Shown here one piece after another: positions 52,181-53,302 of a DNA stretch of 53,302 bases. The notes under the pieces were generated by a model. It was not told where the DNA came from. It ran no database searches and saw nothing but the letters and a program-made list of their open reading frames with translations. The stretch lies in the NCBI GenBank assembly GCA_036519575.1, contig DATDKZ010000057.1, forward strand, positions 1-53,302, in the 5' to 3' direction. Source of the stretch: Actinomycetota bacterium. GTDB taxonomy: Bacteria > Actinomycetota > UBA4738 > HRBIN12. The position numbers were made by a program, and so were the translations under genes. Positions within the stretch are counted from its first letter, which is position 1, and the number at the start of each line of letters is the position of its first letter.

Positions 52181-52833
52181 CAGGCCGAGCCTCCCGTCGG
52201 GGCCTTCACGGCCGAACGGACCATGACCAGCCCGCCCGATGGTCCGGGCACGGCCCCTCGGAGAAGCAGCAGGTTGCGCTCGGCGTCGGCCTGGACCACC
52301 TCGAGGTTCAGGACGGTCACCCGCTGGTTGCCCATCTGGCCGGCCATCGGCATCCCCTTGAACACGCGGGATGGTGTGGCGCACGCACCGATCGCCCCCG
52401 GCGATCGGTGCTTGCGCTCCGTTCCGTGGCTGCTCGAGAGGCCCTTGAAGCCGTGTCGCTTCATGGGGCCGGCAAAGCCCTTACCCTTCGAGACGCCGAC
52501 CACGTCCGCCAACTCCCCCGCCTGGAACAGGTCCGCCCGAAGCTCCTGGCCTGCCCGGTAGTTGGCGGCGCCCTCCGTGCGGAGCTCCACCACGTGGCGG
52601 CCCGGGGGGGCTCCGTGCTTGTCGAAGTGCCCCTGCATGGGCTTGGTGAGCTGGTGGGACCGGGGCTCCTCGAACGCCAGCTGAACGGCCTCGTAGCCGT
52701 CCGTGGCCTCCGTCTTGACCTGGGCTACGAAGCACGGCCCGGCCTTGATCACCGTGACGGGAATGGCCCGCGTGTCGTCGAAGATCTGAGTCATGCCCAG
52801 CTTCGTCCCCAGGATTCCCTTGGTCTCGGCCAT
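52180..52833 (-). CDS. rplC: 50S ribosomal protein L3
   Basis: 217 aa. [15 protein letters not shown]...[13 protein letters not shown]. Confidence 0.97.
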   Translation of the reverse strand: MAETKGILGTKLGMTQIFDDTRAIPVTVIKAGPCFVAQVKTEATDGYEAVQLAFEEPRSHQLTKPMQGHFDKHGAPPGRHVVELRTEGAANYRAGQELRADLFQAGELADVVGVSKGKGFAGPMKRHGFKGLSSSHGTERKHRSPGAIGACATPSRVFKGMPMAGQMGNQRVTVLNLEVVQADAERNLLLLRGAVPGPSGGLVMVRSAVKAPTGGSA

Positions 52834-52835
52834 GG

Positions 52836-53144
52836 CTACAACTTGATCTCGATGTCGACCCCGGCGGACAGGTTCAGGCGCTGCAGCTCCTGAACCGTCT
52901 TGGAGGTGGCGTCAACGATGTCGATCAGTCGCTTGTGCGTGAGCATCTGGAAGTGCTCCCGCGAGTCCTTGTACTTGTGCGGTGAACGGATGACCGTGTA
53001 GATGGAGCGCTCGGTGGGCAGCGGGACCGGCCCGACGACCTTCGCGCCGGTGCGAGTCACGTGCTCGACGATGTCGCGAGCCGCCACGTCCAGCATCCGG
53101 TGGTCGTAGGCTCGGAGCTTGATCCTGATCTTCGGTCCGACCAC
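52836..53144 (-). CDS. rpsJ: 30S ribosomal protein S10
   Basis: 102 aa. GTG start. [15 protein letters not shown]...[11 protein letters not shown]. Confidence 0.97.
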   Translation of the reverse strand: MVGPKIRIKLRAYDHRMLDVAARDIVEHVTRTGAKVVGPVPLPTERSIYTVIRSPHKYKDSREHFQMLTHKRLIDIVDATSKTVQELQRLNLSAGVDIEIKL

Positions 53145-53162
53145 TGTCCCCCTCGTCCTTCC

Positions 53163-53302
53163 CTACTTCACGATCTTGGTCACTCGCCCGGCGCCCACGG
53201 TCCGTCCGCCCTCCCGGATGGCAAACCGCAGGGCCTCCTCCATGGCGATGGGCTTCTCCAGGGTCACCGTGACCTCGATGTTGTCCCCTGGCATGACCAT
53301 CT
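53163..53302 (-). CDS. tuf: Elongation factor Tu, C-terminal fragment (continues beyond window)
   Basis: My own translation gives ..[45 protein letters not shown]. The stop lies 18 nt upstream of the rpsJ start. Confidence 0.93.
   Translation of the reverse strand, partial: MVMPGDNIEVTVTLEKPIAMEEALRFAIREGGRTVGAGRVTKIVK

Overview
High-GC, actinobacterial-type chromosomal core region. About 90% of the genes are on the minus strand and are tightly packed. Many junctions are 1-nt or 4-nt stop/start overlaps (TGATG, ATGA, GTGA).

Gene order, read along the minus strand from high to low coordinates:
- tuf (3' end), then the S10-spc-alpha ribosomal superoperon: rpsJ-rplC-rplD-rplW-rplB-rpsS-rplV-rpsC-rplP-rpmC-rpsQ-rplN-rplX-rplE-rpsN-rpsH-rplF-rplR-rpsE-rpmD-rplO-secY-adk-map.
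- Two tandem DivIVA-domain paralogues.
- infA-rpmJ-rpsM-rpsK-rpoA-rplQ-truA-rplM-rpsI. No rpsD is present.
- An arsR-arsM module plus an opposite-strand DUF2007-like gene.
- glmM-glmS-acpS-nnr-alr-hydrolase-DmpA-like peptidase-UDG4-tsaE-tsaB-rimI-tsaD-GalE-like epimerase.
- A BldD-like regulator on the plus strand.
- A stop-free ORF holding two NarL-type response regulators.
- A CIRCE-controlled groES-groEL.
- An alkaline-phosphatase-superfamily enzyme coupled to cysC.
- Two plus-strand genes of unknown function: a DivIVA-like coiled coil and a Zn-ribbon/HTH protein.
- guaB3-guaA, a sortase, pcrA and a PPOX-like gene.
- A B12-binding mutase subunit coupled to sucC-sucD and a PerM-like membrane protein.
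- Two plus-strand membrane proteins, then purN-purH.

No rRNA, tRNA, CRISPR array or mobile element was recognised by eye.

Most noteworthy observations:
1. The fused typical + Asp-less NarL response-regulator ORF next to a BldD-like regulator whose c-di-GMP signature is altered.
2. Tandem DivIVA-domain genes embedded in the ribosomal cluster.
3. A third DivIVA-like gene paired with a Zn-ribbon/HTH protein.
4. Long charged tails on L13 (basic) and L29 (acidic).
5. arsRM wedged between rpsI and glmM, with repeated ATCGAT motifs.
6. An orphan B12-domain gene translationally coupled to sucCD and a membrane protein.

All functional calls come from reading the translations and from remembered family motifs. 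No database search was run.
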